Assembly: GCA_963758915.1 (NCBI GenBank)
Contig: CAVWXH010000003.1
Coordinates: 377,906 to 441,905 of the forward strand
Reading direction: 5' to 3'
From: an uncultured Methanomicrobiales archaeon
GTDB lineage: Archaea; Halobacteriota; Methanomicrobia; Methanomicrobiales; Methanospirillaceae
DNA length: 64,000 nucleotides
The notes below the pieces were generated by a model, which did no database searches, had not been told where the DNA came from, and saw only the letters and a list, made by a program, of their open reading frames with translations. How positions within the stretch are numbered: the first letter of the stretch is position 1; each line of letters starts with the position of its first letter. Position numbers and translations under genes: made by a program. This document shows, in pieces, positions 52,069 through 64,000 of this stretch.

Positions 52069-53185
52069 ATGAGACTGGGTCACATTGTAATTCTTTTGCT
52101 ATTCATGATGATCATCATAACTGCCGGGTGCGTGCAACCGTCACCCACCCAGATCAACCGTACACCCATCCCCGTCGTTTCTCCGGTATCTCCAACCCCC
52201 TCCGGGACATGGACTTTTGTGGTCTTTGGAGATTCCCGTGACAATACCAGGGACACGTTGACCGGAGTCAGCCCTTACCTGGACCCGATTGCCGTTGCGG
52301 TTGCGGCTGAGAAACCTGACCTGGTTATCTATAACGGCGACCTCGTGAGCGGATGGATGATCTCAAATTCGTCTCCTGTGGCTACGGATTACCAGGCCCA
52401 GTTCAAAAACTGGATGGATGCAGTCGCACCAATCTATAATTACACTTCGGGTAGCGGGATACCGATCTATGTGGTCAGGGGAAACCACGAGGACGGTCCT
52501 GACCAGACAGCGATGCCCCTCCTGGATGCCTATCGTAATTCGGTCGCTGCCGGGATGCCACTCAATGGCCCTCCGGGTGAAGAACGGCTTACCTATTCAT
52601 TCACCTGGAAGGGAGCGAAATTCATTGCAATAGATGAGTATTACCCCCACAATGGCCTGAAGGAAACGGTGAACCAGAACCTGGGTGGACCATGAGCTTA
52701 CTTCCGATACACGACCGTTTATCTTCGTATTCGGCCATACCCCGGCATATCTCCTGGAGGATGATCCGGAGGATATAGGGTATGACCTTGCTGTTCACCC
52801 TGCCCTGCGGGATATCTTCTGGAATAGTCTTGTGAAAAATAATGCGACTGCATATTTCAGCGGCCATACCCACCTCTATGCCAGGGGTGTAAAAGACGGC
52901 CTTCAGCAGGTTGTTTCCGGTAATGGCGGTGCGATGGGCCATACCTTGAACCTGTCCGGGGTAGACCCCTCACTTACGATCGAGTACCCGGTCACTAACG
53001 CAGATAATGTAGGAAACGATGTTGGTTATTTGGTGGTAACAGTGAATGAAACTGCAGGGACAATGAGTGCGGTCCAGAAAGTGTACGCCACTGACACAAA
53101 GACATGGCGGACTGGCGACCAGTTCACGCTTTCCAACTCCGGGGCAGTTATTTCCAATACCACAGTACCGGTAACCAGGGGATGA
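52069..53185 (+). CDS. Calcineurin-like metallophosphoesterase lipoprotein (frameshift near 52680)
   Basis: Lipobox TAGC; FGDS, NGD, GNHE, FGH, GHTH. Confidence 0.9.
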
Positions 53186-53368
53186 CCCCTTTTTTGGTCC
53201 ATTTTTAAAGAGAATTCTGGTTTTCTGACCAGGTCAACCTGGTTCAACTCTGAGTTCGGGGTGGAGTCCTTAATAATAATTTATTAATTGGATATATGAA
53301 ATTATCACGCTCTTATTACCAAAATAGCGTAAAATTAACGTCAATATCATAATCCAATTCAATCAGCC

Positions 53369-53398
53369 GTGATTTGTGGCACGGATGTTTCAAATCAC
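53369..53398 (+). repeat. GTGATTTG-N14-CAAATCAC hairpin repeat followed by a T-run
   Basis: GTGATTTGTGGCACGGATGTTTCAAATCAC then T9. Confidence 0.78.
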
Positions 53399-53471
53399 TT
53401 TTTTTTACTGTTACAGCCGGGGGGGAAATATTGGAAACAAATTGTATCATGGAAAAATATATGGAAAAATA

Positions 53472-55330
53472 TTATTTTCCGTTGACCCGGATCAGGCCGT
53501 TCTGAACAGATGTATTACTTACAACCGAACCATTGGTTACATCATTTTTCAGGACCGTCAGGGTGACATTGTAGACCCCGGGGAACCTGTATGTATGAAC
53601 AGGGTTGGGCCCGGTCATATTAACACCATCTCCAAAGTCATAATTATAAATGGTCGGGGTTCACCAGTCGGACTGGTCAGTAAATTTAACGGTCAGGGGT
53701 ACAGTTCCATTGATCGGGGATGCGGTGAATTTTGCGATCGGAATAACAAAAGGAACCCTGCTAACCGTAATTACATTAGTTTTCGTTGTACTGCTGCTGA
53801 TTAAGGAACCCGTTGCCTTATCGAATTTTGTTATTGTCAGGGTAATGGTAAAGGTACCTGGGTACCGGTACGTATGACTTGGGTTTGGCCCCGACACGTT
53901 AGACACCATCACCGAAATCATAATTAGTACCGGGTCGGGCCCCCCGTTGACATATCGGTGCATTTTACGGTCAGCGGAGCATTTCCGCCCAGGGGCTCCG
54001 CAGTGAAATCAGCATGGAGGCCAGCCGGGATTTGTATATGGACTACCCAGAAGTCTGCAAGGCCATGGTTCCCGGAAACATCCCCTCCATTTGCGTACGA
54101 GTATCCTGTCAACGAGAACATGCCTTTTCCCAACAGGTCAGGCTTGATGCACTGACCCTGGTCGAGACCCGGACCACCGAAGGATTTCTGCCAGAGGGCA
54201 GAACCGTTCTGATCAAATTCCATAACCCAGTAATCCCCGTCTCCATGGTTACCCGTGACGTCCCCGTCTTTTGAATACGATACCCCGAACGCGACATAGT
54301 TCCCGTCAGGGGTACGTTCAAGGTCGTATGCGTTGTCATAATCTGATCCGCCGAAACATTTCTGGTTGATGATACTCCCGTTCGTGGAGATCTTTACCCA
54401 CCAGTAGTCGAACGATCCATGATTCCCGCTGACGTCCCCGTCTTTGGAGTTAGTGAATCCCATTACAGCATACTCTCCTTCCGGGGTGACAACAATCTCC
54501 CTCCCTTCATCGTAGAGGCTCCCGCCAAGACATTTCTGCCAGAGAAGTGTACCGGCATCATCGAGCCTGAATAACCAGGCATCGTATGAGCCATGGTTCC
54601 CGCTGACATCCCCGTCATTGGAATTCGTATACCCGATGGCGATGTACCCGCCTCCAGGGACTGGCAGGATGTTGTCACCAAAATCATCGCCTGTCCCGCC
54701 GAGTAATTTCTCCCATATTATAGAACCGTTCATATCAGATTTGACGACCAGCACATCATAGCCCCCATGGTAATCAGGGATTGCAGGATCGGTGTATGCC
54801 TGACCAATCATGATCATTCCGCCATCCGGGGTCTCTTTTCCATCATTGACAAAGCTCGAACTTCTCCCGGGGTAGCACCGTTTCCAGAGTATATGCCCGG
54901 AAGCATCGATCTGGATATTCCAGATCGCATAAGGCTTCGTGTTATCGGAAAAGTCCCCGTCATGTGACCATGTGTATCCTGATAACAGGAACGTCCCGTC
55001 ACTCAGCCGCTCGATACAGGTTACATCATCATCCATCGAGCCGCCGATGGCTTTTTGCCATTCCATCCCCCCGGTGGCATTAAGCTTTACCACCCATACA
55101 TCCCTCATACCGTGTGAATTTGTGACATCCCCGTTACTGGACATTGTGTCACCGACGACAAGATATCCCCCGTCACCTGTAGGCTGGATGGAGATTGCAT
55201 TATCTTCACCGGAGCCTCCGAGGGACTTCTGCCATAATAACCCGGGATTGTCGGCAAACCCCGGCATTACGAACAGACAGAGCACAAGGGTAAGGGCAAC
55301 GATCACAGCATTAATGGATAGAATTTTCAT
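53472..55330 (-). CDS. Secreted beta-propeller repeat protein with a twin-PKD C-terminus (frameshifts in the PKD part)
   Basis: Repeats WQK.LGGS..D...T.S.DGDVSGNHG..D.W; PKD homology continues to TAA at 53472. Confidence 0.88.
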
Positions 55331-58300
55331 TTCTTCACCACCGTCGTCAGGGAGCCTTCCCCGGTAATATATTTATTCGGGACCGCACCGCCGCCACCGG
55401 CTGTATCGATAATACTCCCTGAAGCGGTGGGGCTTACCCTGATAGTTACATTGATCGTCATCGTGCTTCCGATCGGAAGTGAGCCTCCGGCCGGCAATGT
55501 GCTGGGAGTCCAGACATAACGGCTCGGTGCGATATTCTGCGGAGGATAATTCGAACTGATAAAGGTCGAACCCTGTGGAGGCACATCATAGGCAGCCACA
55601 CCGACGAGGTCCTGCGTTCCGTTGTTGTTGATGAGTATGCTGTACGTGAGGAGTCCCCCTGGTGCAACTGTTGTCCTGTTGGCAGTAACGGTAAAATTGA
55701 TCGACGGACCTCCCGCGACCTGGATGGGCAGGATACGGTTGCCTTTTACTGATACATTATTTGTTGCGGATCCGGTAGCTTCGGCAACATCGGTGTATAC
55801 GCCGTTTGCCGTGGCAGGGAATGTCCCTGTCACCTGGTAACTGCGTGTTTCCCCTGGTGAGAGCGTCCCGGTATTCCAGCTCACCGCATTTCCTGAAACA
55901 ATCCCTGCAGGACTACTCGAAAGGTATGTCATCGTGTATGGCAGGTAATCGGAAACGACCACCCCGGAAACCGGGCCTGAGCCGGTAGCAGAAACGTTGA
56001 CATTAAATGTTACCGTGCTGCCGGGCCCTGTTTTTGCCGGTGCGTCCACGTTCACGACAAGCGCTGCATCGGTCGGTGGCGCCGTCCCTGCCTTTGCATA
56101 CCATCCGGGTGGTACGACGAGGTCCTGTGCAAGGGCCCCCCCTGCCGATCCGGCCTGTGTGCCAACCTTCCACCAGTTCACGGTCACCGGTTCCTGGTGG
56201 GGGTTCCATGCAACGAAGGTCTCCTGGTTATCAGGCGAGATGAACGCTGCACAGAGCGGCTGCGAAAGCCCCCTTGATGCAGCATCGGTAGAATACCCGA
56301 AATATGAAAAGTCAGGTGTACCGTATGCATCGATCGCCCAGAACCAGTTCAGGACTTCCGACGGGCTCGTGGAATCATCGATCTGGTTCTTCATAGTATT
56401 CCACCATGTCCCGAGGTCATACGGATACTGACCAGGGTTGGTGTTCCGCGAGGACTGGATGGTATTCCAGTACCACCGTGAAGGGGAAACGGGTATATTC
56501 TGTGCCGACCTGTCCCTGATCCCGACAAGTGCACGCTGCTGGTTGACCACCGTCAGGTAGGGTACTCCTGCCGGATCTGAAATATTGCAAAACCCGCCAT
56601 TCGGGGCGTAATCAAGGGCTCGTTCAGAGAGTTCGACATATTTAGGGTCCCTCCCGAATGACAGGGTATAACCTGCCATCGGGAGCCACATGTTGTACAT
56701 CGAGGAGGTGGGTGAGATCCCGAACTGCGAGGCGGTCTGCACCACCGACTGGGGCATTTTTGGGGCAAATGATGTCGCTTTCGGGTAACCTGAGGGCATG
56801 ACCGGCCAGCTTGAGGATACTTTCGGGTTCCCCCAGTTGAACCAGCGGTCCCACATGGTCTCTCCGGGTGAGAAGGCAGTCGGATCGGAGGGAGTACTTG
56901 CTGCAGCAATGTAATCGCCATGTTTAGACCATTTCGCCGCAGTAGGATTCGTAATACCGGTCTGGTCCGGGACATAGGCGAGTTTTTTATCGAACCAGTA
57001 GGCATCCGCGTTGTAGAGGTTCGTGGTATAGAGGTAAATCCCGGTATCGGCAATATCCTGCCGGTTTGTTACCGTTCCCCACATGACGATGCCTGCCCAG
57101 GCCTGCATCGTCTCACCGAGTGAGTTGTCGTCCTTGCCGTCCTCAAGGAGAGAGCCGGAACCGATTCCTCCGCCTGGTGCCGTCTGCGGAAGTCCCTGGG
57201 TCCATGCCTGGCCGGCCCACTGGTCAAAGAAGTTCATCTTCGAATATTTCAGTTCAGGGTTTTCATAGTATGCAGAATCCCGGTCAGGGTCGTAGGCGAT
57301 TGCCATAACGAGCTGGTCGATGAATGTACCATAGTTCTCACGGCTGGCCCACTGGGGATCGAACCATGCTGCCTGTGCAGCAGCGGTAATCAGGTACCCG
57401 TGGAGGTAGTGAATATCGTTCCATTCCGTTGTGCTCCCGAAACCGTCCTCGCCCCACGCTCTCGGGTACGTGACATTCATATCTGCCATCGGCCAGTACC
57501 CGTACGCAGGCTCACTGTCGTCGGTGTCCGGCCCCTGGGATGGGAACATATGGAGGGTCCCGAGGGTTTTGTCCGCAAGGAAATAATAGGGGGAGTACTG
57601 GTTTGGTGATCCGGGCGTAGTCTTATTGGTCCTGAATGCCTTTTCCTGGGTAAAGAGGGCGAAAAAGTCCTCGACGCCCTGCACATTCCGGGACTTTGCA
57701 GAGCTTCGGGTCATAGGGGCTGTTATAATAATTACTATACCATTGGGTGCCCTTCCACCCGGCGCTTGGGTTCCATGGAGTTACATTATACTCGGTAATC
57801 CCGGTTATCTCCGGGTTCGTGGTGGCAATAACACCTAAATCATTCAGAATGGCAAGTTTTGCCGACATGTACCGGACCATTTTTGCGAGGTTGTAGGCTG
57901 CGTTCTGGTCCCCACCGTCAAGCATGGTAAACAACGGGGGATAGGTCCCCAGGCTCTTTGCGGTATAGTCCTGTTCATCGTTGTTGACGATGTACCAGAG
58001 CGGAACCCCGTCTATGGTTGCATTCATATCCATCGGTGGCATGAATGGCAAAAGGTTGTTGGTGACATAGGTCGTCGAAAATGAGCTCACACCGACGGGA
58101 AGGAGTTTTCCTTTGGCGATCCAGTACTGGTAATGGCCATTATTTACCGTGGGCATGGAAGAGAGCCACTGGCCGGGACCTGATGGTCCAATCATGTCCT
58201 TTGAGAGGTCCCCGTCGTAGACCGGCAGGTTCCGGCCGTCATTGAATGTTTCATACTGGTGCCTCTGGAGGAGCATGACGGTTTTCCCCCATGTTCCGGC

Positions 58301-59617
58301 TCCGATTGGGCCGTGGTTAGCGGTCGTCGCCGTGTAGGTTGTATGAAGGAGACCGGATGTCCGGTCCACCTGGTATTTCACGGCGGTATCCGTGACATAG
58401 TTAAAGGCATAGGGAGCGATTGACCCGGCCCAGGCCGTGGACTCGCTTATGGACTGGTTAAGGGTCGGCATGTAGGGGTCCGGGTTCACCGATCCCCGTG
58501 GATAAGCAACGACAGGCAGGCCCGCTATGACAAAGTGATGGGAGCCTCCTGCCGATAAAGGCGTGAGTGATATCCCGTGACCCGGGAAGACGGTCGCATT
58601 GAACGAAGAGGTATCGTAATACACCGCGAAGAAATTCCAGTTCGTGATGGTTTTTGACGTAACATCGCCGAGAAACAGCATGTCCTGGTTAGTCCCGACC
58701 AGGTAACAACCAAGCCCGGGGATCCCCGTGTCTGTTGGCAGGACATAGACCTGCCCCCGCTCCACGTTATTGGTATTGAATGGCGGACCGGTATAGAACT
58801 GGAAGGCCATTGACTCGTTGTCCGGGACCCCGTCCCAGGTGAACCACGCAAACGGGGACCCTTTGGCCATCGTGAGTTTCATCTGCTCATCCGAACCTTT
58901 CTTGTTAAGGAGGAAATCGATGTCCCAGTCCCCCATCCGGTCGGTCACGAGGTTATCGGGAAATGCGGTTCCCCAGCCGGGCTCGGTATCGGTCAGGTTT
59001 GCCGCGGGAAATACCCGGAGCCCCGACACCCACTGGCCTTTCTGGCTGATTTCCCTCGTTTTTCCATCAGGGGAGAACGTAGTGGATCCCGGCGTGCAGG
59101 AATTGGGGCCATACTCCGCCCCATCAGCTGCAGCAGGAATTGGCATGGAGAAGACAAGCCCTTTTACCCGGCCCTGCCCATCGACATTGGCATAGGTACT
59201 CCGGAACGTGAGACTCATGGGGTCTGCATAGAGGGTGGACTGGACGAACGGGGTCCAGCACTTCACAAACGGTTCGCTGTCAGATGCCTTGTAAGACCCG
59301 ACATACTCAAGTGAGTTATTCCCCCACATGGTATAGCCGGCCCACGAATGCAGGCCATTGATGAGCTGCCCGTCTTTCATGTTTTCCGTTACCGGGGCCT
59401 GATCGGCAAGGATAGGTGTCGGGTTTAAGCACCAGTTGCAGGTGAAGGGGGCGCTTCCCCGCCACTGGCAGTTATCAGGCCGCTCGGTCTGGACATACGC
59501 CTTCCCAAGCTGGATTGATCCGGCGGTGACCACACCGGAAAATGCAAGATTTATTATTAATATTATGGCAAGAAGAGAAACAAGTTGTATTCCCGGTTTT
59601 GGATGCGATGCAGGCAT
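55327..59617 (-). CDS. Glycoside hydrolase family 81-like secreted protein with two DUF11-type domains (frameshift near 57690)
   Basis: GSPF, KGKL, WNDIHYLHGYLITAAA...DPQW, FDQWAGQAW, GETMQAWAGIVMWG; C-terminal VVVSDYLP/AYDVPP Ig-like repeats. Confidence 0.82.
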
Positions 59618-59744
59618 AATATGGTAAAAATGTATTAAACCTATATAAAAAAGATGGATTTGAACTCCGGTAATAACTGATGAAGAATAATCAACCCGTA
59701 TATTCTCCCGGAACGGACCATGCGGATTCGCGAGATCAACCCAA

Positions 59745-59780
59745 CTAATTGACAACCTAATTGACAACCTAATTGACAAC
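59745..59780. repeat. Three perfect 12-bp tandem repeats
   Basis: (CTAATTGACAAC)x3, 2 nt from the Fic stop codon. Confidence 0.95.
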
Positions 59781-59782
59781 CA

Positions 59783-60823
59783 CTATTTGACGATATATCT
59801 GGTGTTTCTCCCCAGGCCCTCACGTACGAGGAGATTCTGATCTACCATCCCCGTCAATTCATGTAATGCGGCCTGCCGGGATATGTGAAACATTTCAACA
59901 ATATTACCTGATTTTACCGATCCCGTTTTATGAACGAATTCGATGATCCTCATCTGCCGTTCGGTTAAAGCGACCTGCCCGCTGGTGGCTTTCCTGTACC
60001 CATCCCCTGAAAGACGCAGGACCCGTTCTTTTACCCGGTTCAGGGATATCTCCACCCCTTCAGTGAAATAATTAAGCCAGATTGTGCAATCCGGATAGGT
60101 TTTGTTAACCTCGCGGAGTATGGTGTAGTAGGCCTGACGATCGCTGTCGTAAAAATCATCAAGAGCAAAGAACCGCTTGATATCAAATTCCCTCATGGCA
60201 AGGATTAAGGTTGCAAGTGCCCGTGCAACCCGGCCGTTGCCGTCCACAAAGGGATGGATCCTCACGAGTTCATAATGGGCAATTCCGGCAACAATAACAG
60301 GGTGCAGTCCATGGGCTTCGTCAGAGTTAAGCCATTCAACAAAGTCTTCCATTAAAGGGATTACATCAGCCGGCGGGGGTGCAGAGTATACGATTTCCCG
60401 GGTTACCCTGTTACCGACGACCACACGAACATTTCGGAACTCCCCTTCTGTTCCAGGGTCCAGAAGGGTTCCCCGGCTGACATCAAGATGAAGTGAAAGG
60501 ATTGCTTGGATTGATATTTTGCCATTCTTCTGATAGGTTGTAATATTTTCGAGTACTTTGAGATAATTAAGGACTTCTGCCTTTGCTTTTCGGGCCGCCA
60601 TGATATCCCGGCCTTCGGCAAGCTGGCTTACTTCTTCAAGGGTCAGGGGATTTCCCTCTATGGCCGTTGAGGCATGGGCTGCACGGACGAGTTGTTCCCG
60701 CCGAAGCGACAACTCCCATTTTGGCACAAGATGTGCATGGAGAATTACTTCCCTGGATGCGGTGATATGGGTAAGCCGGTTTACAATTTCATTGCTATAC
60801 GAGAAAGTGGGTGAGAAGCTCAT
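59783..60823 (-). CDS. Fic family protein with an N-terminal inhibitory motif and a C-terminal HTH
   Basis: STAIEGN; HPFVDGNGRVAR; LTERQ...ISRQAALHEL. Confidence 0.95.
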   Translation of the reverse strand: MSFSPTFSYSNEIVNRLTHITASREVILHAHLVPKWELSLRREQLVRAAHASTAIEGNPLTLEEVSQLAEGRDIMAARKAKAEVLNYLKVLENITTYQKNGKISIQAILSLHLDVSRGTLLDPGTEGEFRNVRVVVGNRVTREIVYSAPPPADVIPLMEDFVEWLNSDEAHGLHPVIVAGIAHYELVRIHPFVDGNGRVARALATLILAMREFDIKRFFALDDFYDSDRQAYYTILREVNKTYPDCTIWLNYFTEGVEISLNRVKERVLRLSGDGYRKATSGQVALTERQMRIIEFVHKTGSVKSGNIVEMFHISRQAALHELTGMVDQNLLVREGLGRNTRYIVK

Positions 60824-61301
60824 CGGGTCCTGCCTAGTTCTGATCCGTTGTTGATACTTGGTATGGGAATGTAATCAGTATTCTGATCTGGTTACTATTG
60901 GTAACAACTGCAAATCGTGTGCCCTGTTGCTCCCGGTCCCTTTGAAGCCTCATAATCAACGGGCCAATAGTTCTCTTGTTTTCGTACATGAAGGCCTTTT
61001 TACTGCAATGCCCCAGGTGCCAGCGTCCAGGAAAATGGTACGTTTGCTGACATTTGTGGAAAAGGTCAGTAGAAAAGGTCTGATAGGGGCTATACGAAAT
61101 TTTGTTAGAAGATTTGAGTTGGCGTTCTGAAGCATTCAGCCGAGCGGCGGAACGTGATGTTCGATTCTGTAGTTTTTTTCCAGGAGAAGCGATGTGATCC
61201 GGAAAACTATCTGAAAGCAGGGTGCATCATGACCGTGATCTTCCTTGCATAATAGCCGTAACCCTCATTTATCTCCTCATCAGATAGAAGGATGAAAACA
61301 T

Positions 61302-62669
61302 ATGATAATCCACCAGTTTTTCATACCGGGGCTTTCTCACAGCTCGTATATCGTCGCGGGAGACCGGACCTGTGCGGTAATCGATCCGGAACGCGATGCC
61401 GGACGGTATATCGCTGCCGCACAGGATATGGGACTCCGGATCACCCATGTCCTTGAGACGCACCTGCATGCAGACTTCGTATCAGGACACCTCGACCTGG
61501 CCGATGCCACCGGCGCAGGTATCTATATGTCCGGGTCCGCACACTGCAGATTTCCCCATACCCCTCTCGCTGAAGGTGATGAGGTGCATCTTGAAGACAT
61601 CCGTTTTTCAGTCATCGGGACTGCCGGACATACTCCCGAACATATCTGTTATATTGCAACGGATACCACACGCGGCCAGACACCGGTCGCCCTCTTTTCC
61701 GGTGACACCCTCTTTGTTGGCGATGTCGGGCGCCCTGACCTCTTTCCGGGGAGAGCAACAGAGCTTGCATCATCCCTCTATGACAATCTGCATACCAAGA
61801 TCATGACCCTCCCGGACGAGTGTGAGGTCTATCCTGCACACGGAATGGGATCTCTCTGCGGACGGGCGATGGCAGCAAAGCGGACAAGCACAATAGGGTA
61901 TGAGAAGAAGTACAACTACGCCCTCCGGATCAGGAGTCGCGAGGAGTTCATCAGTGCACTCACTTCCGATATGCCTGCCGCCCCGGATCACTTCCTCCGC
62001 TGTTCTGAGATCAACAGGGCAGGCCCTGCACTGATGCGGGACCTCATCCTGCCAGTACCCGTCAAGCCCAGGTCGCTTGCAGACCGTATCAAGGCAGATG
62101 ATGTAATCGTCCTCGATGTCAGAAGTTACCTTGCTTTCTCTGGCATGCACATCCCCGGAGCCTGGCATATCGATCTCTCGGGGAACTTTGCCACGCAGGC
62201 GGGCTGGATCCTCCCTCCCGATAAGGAGATCCTCCTTATTGTTGAGGATCGAAGACAGGCAGAAGAAGCGACACTCCAGCTCCACCGGGTCGGATTTGAC
62301 CGGGTCACGGGGTATGCTGAAGGAGGAATGCTTCTCTGGGGAACAGCTGCGCTGCCCATCAGCCGTGTCCCGGTCATCTCCCCTGAGGAAGCACATGCCC
62401 TGATTCGATCAGACGAGGCGGTCTTAATCGATGTCCGCTCACGGGAGGAGTGGCAGGATGCCCGTGTAGAGGGATCGATCCACATTCCCTGGCACGATCT
62501 CAGAACCCGGTACACCGAACTTGATCCTGGACAGCAGTATATTGTCATGTGCCGGGGGGGACAGCGTGCGAGCATCGCGGTAAGTATCCTGAAAATGCAC
62601 GGGTTCAGCCGCATTTTAAATCTTGGTGGCGGATACACCGCCTACCAGAGGGCAGGATCGGTACCATGA
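61302..62669 (+). CDS. MBL-fold hydrolase fused to two rhodanese domains (CstB/Blh-like)
   Basis: ETHLHADF, GHTPEH, GDTLF..DVGRPDL, PAHG.GS.CG; DVR, HIPGA, CRGGQR. Confidence 0.93.
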   Translation: MIIHQFFIPGLSHSSYIVAGDRTCAVIDPERDAGRYIAAAQDMGLRITHVLETHLHADFVSGHLDLADATGAGIYMSGSAHCRFPHTPLAEGDEVHLEDIRFSVIGTAGHTPEHICYIATDTTRGQTPVALFSGDTLFVGDVGRPDLFPGRATELASSLYDNLHTKIMTLPDECEVYPAHGMGSLCGRAMAAKRTSTIGYEKKYNYALRIRSREEFISALTSDMPAAPDHFLRCSEINRAGPALMRDLILPVPVKPRSLADRIKADDVIVLDVRSYLAFSGMHIPGAWHIDLSGNFATQAGWILPPDKEILLIVEDRRQAEEATLQLHRVGFDRVTGYAEGGMLLWGTAALPISRVPVISPEEAHALIRSDEAVLIDVRSREEWQDARVEGSIHIPWHDLRTRYTELDPGQQYIVMCRGGQRASIAVSILKMHGFSRILNLGGGYTAYQRAGSVP

Positions 62670-62721
62670 TGCGAAACCTGCTATCCGTGGAAAGCAATTC
62701 CCATACTTGTGGAGGATATTG

Positions 62722-63246
62722 ATGACAGAATGGTTCATGATGGCGTCCTGGCCCCCCTACATTGTCGGTGCCGGGATCGGCATGCTCATCTGGCTGGCGT
62801 TCCTGCTCTCTGACCGCCCGCTTGGTTGTTCGACAGCATATGCCAAAACGGCCGGTATGGTTGAGTCTGCAATCTCCCGTAAGAAGAGCGAAGTGATGCC
62901 GTACTATCAGAAGTTTACGCCGACAATCGATTGGCAGTGGATGATCATCATCGGGGTGCTGATCGGGGCGTTCCTGTCTGTGTACCTCTCCGGCACATTT
63001 ACGCTCCTGATCGTGCCTCCTGTCTTTGCTGCGGAGTTCGGGACGGACCCGATCTTCCGGTCCATTGTTGCCCTCCTTGGTGGCATTGTGATGGGGATTG
63101 GAGCCCGCTGGGCCGGGGGGTGTACCTCAGGGCATGGGATATCCGGGACACTGCAGCTCTCGCTTGCGAGCTGGGTTGCCTCAATCTGCTTCTTTGCCGG
63201 CGGAATTCTGACCGCAGGACTCATCTATGGTTTCTCGTTCGTATGA
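62722..63246 (+). CDS. YeeE/YedE sulfur-compound transporter family protein
   Basis: LGCST, GARWAGGCTSGHG. Confidence 0.92.
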   Translation: MTEWFMMASWPPYIVGAGIGMLIWLAFLLSDRPLGCSTAYAKTAGMVESAISRKKSEVMPYYQKFTPTIDWQWMIIIGVLIGAFLSVYLSGTFTLLIVPPVFAAEFGTDPIFRSIVALLGGIVMGIGARWAGGCTSGHGISGTLQLSLASWVASICFFAGGILTAGLIYGFSFV

Positions 63247-63254
63247 GGGGGGAA

Positions 63255-63815
63255 ATGATGGTATTTGAGCAGATCAGAATGGACAACCGGGTCCAGATTG
63301 TTCTCGGACTTCTTACCGGCATCGTCTTTGGGGTCCTCCTGCAGAAAGGAGGGGTGACCGATTACGGGGTGATCATCGGCCAGCTCCTGCTCACCGACTT
63401 TACCGTCATAAAGATAATGCTCTCTGCTGTCCTGATCGGTATGATCGGTGTCTATGCGATGAAGTCAGCCGGGCTGGTCAGGCTTCACTGCAGGGTGGGA
63501 TCGGTCGGTGCAACTATAATAGGGGGGCTTATCTTCGGAGTGGGATTTGCGATCCTCGGGTACTGCCCCGGGACCGCTGCCGGTGCGGTTGGATCGGGTG
63601 CGCTTGATGCAGCAATCGGAATGGTCGGCATCGCTCTTGGTGCCGGCATCTTCGCCCGGCTGTACCCGCGTCTTAACCGGACCGTCCTCAACTACGGGAC
63701 CTTTCCGGCAGATACAATTCCGGAACTGTTAGGGATCCGTGCGGGGATTGTCGTGATCGTTGTCGCGATTCTGATCGCTGGTTTCCTGTATATGCTCACC
63801 GTTTTGGGATTCTGA
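63255..63815 (+). CDS. YeeE/YedE family partner protein
   Basis: GIVFGVLLQKGG, GGLIFGVG..LGYCPGT. Confidence 0.92.
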   Translation: MMVFEQIRMDNRVQIVLGLLTGIVFGVLLQKGGVTDYGVIIGQLLLTDFTVIKIMLSAVLIGMIGVYAMKSAGLVRLHCRVGSVGATIIGGLIFGVGFAILGYCPGTAAGAVGSGALDAAIGMVGIALGAGIFARLYPRLNRTVLNYGTFPADTIPELLGIRAGIVVIVVAILIAGFLYMLTVLGF

Positions 63816-64000
63816 TTGGTTCAGTTCATGAGTGGACGGGAGACCCCGGAATAAGCGATCCAATCCTTCTCATTTTTTTAGCTGTTTCGAAGATCGGGAA
63901 CGCATCTCTTCTTGGACACTGATGAACAGGACCGCAGCACTGACGAATTCCCTGGGGACCCCGGTTTGTTCTGCAAGCCGGATCCTGGTTTGAAGGGCAC

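Noticed and set aside
30205-59617. Many split genes as programmed frameshifts or mass pseudogenisation
   Set aside because: Isolated 1-nt indels across unrelated genes, with few in-frame stops and no shared slippery motif, fit long-read consensus error better.
63870-64000. Possible 3' end of a minus-strand gene at the window edge
   Set aside because: Only about 42 codons with no motif; it cannot be distinguished from chance.

Overview
This is archaeal DNA, most likely from a Methanomicrobiales methanogen (Methanoregula/Methanolinea/Methanospirillum-like), judged from the protein families, the [A/S]GC lipoprotein signals, the PKD surface proteins and the archaeal TATA/SD signals. It is an accessory, envelope- and stress-rich region. 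I found no rRNA, tRNA, CRISPR array, integrase, transposase or reverse transcriptase. Many genes carry isolated 1-nt frameshifts typical of uncorrected long-read consensus, so the pseudogene calls are provisional. Main observations: (1) A cluster of paralogs resembling the Methanospirillum sheath protein (MspA/SH) at 21.7-28.0 kb, plus an insert-less paralog at 14.5-15.3 kb. The copies have conserved N/C frameworks around a hypervariable ~85-aa insert, a conserved 5' leader hairpin, a duplicated lipoprotein-msp-msp unit and an internal inversion, making this a candidate surface-diversification locus. (2) A MITE family with IS903-like ends, one copy with a clean 8-bp TSD. (3) A second dispersed hairpin repeat, GTGATTTG-N13/14-CAAATCAC. 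(4) A duplicated and internally deleted DUF2779 locus fused to an unannotated zinc-finger micro-gene. (5) A circularly permuted ABC binding protein. (6) A GH81-like protein with a substituted catalytic Glu. (7) A bacterial YjhP-like methyltransferase between two DJ-1 direct repeats. Family assignments come from motif recognition only; no searches were run.
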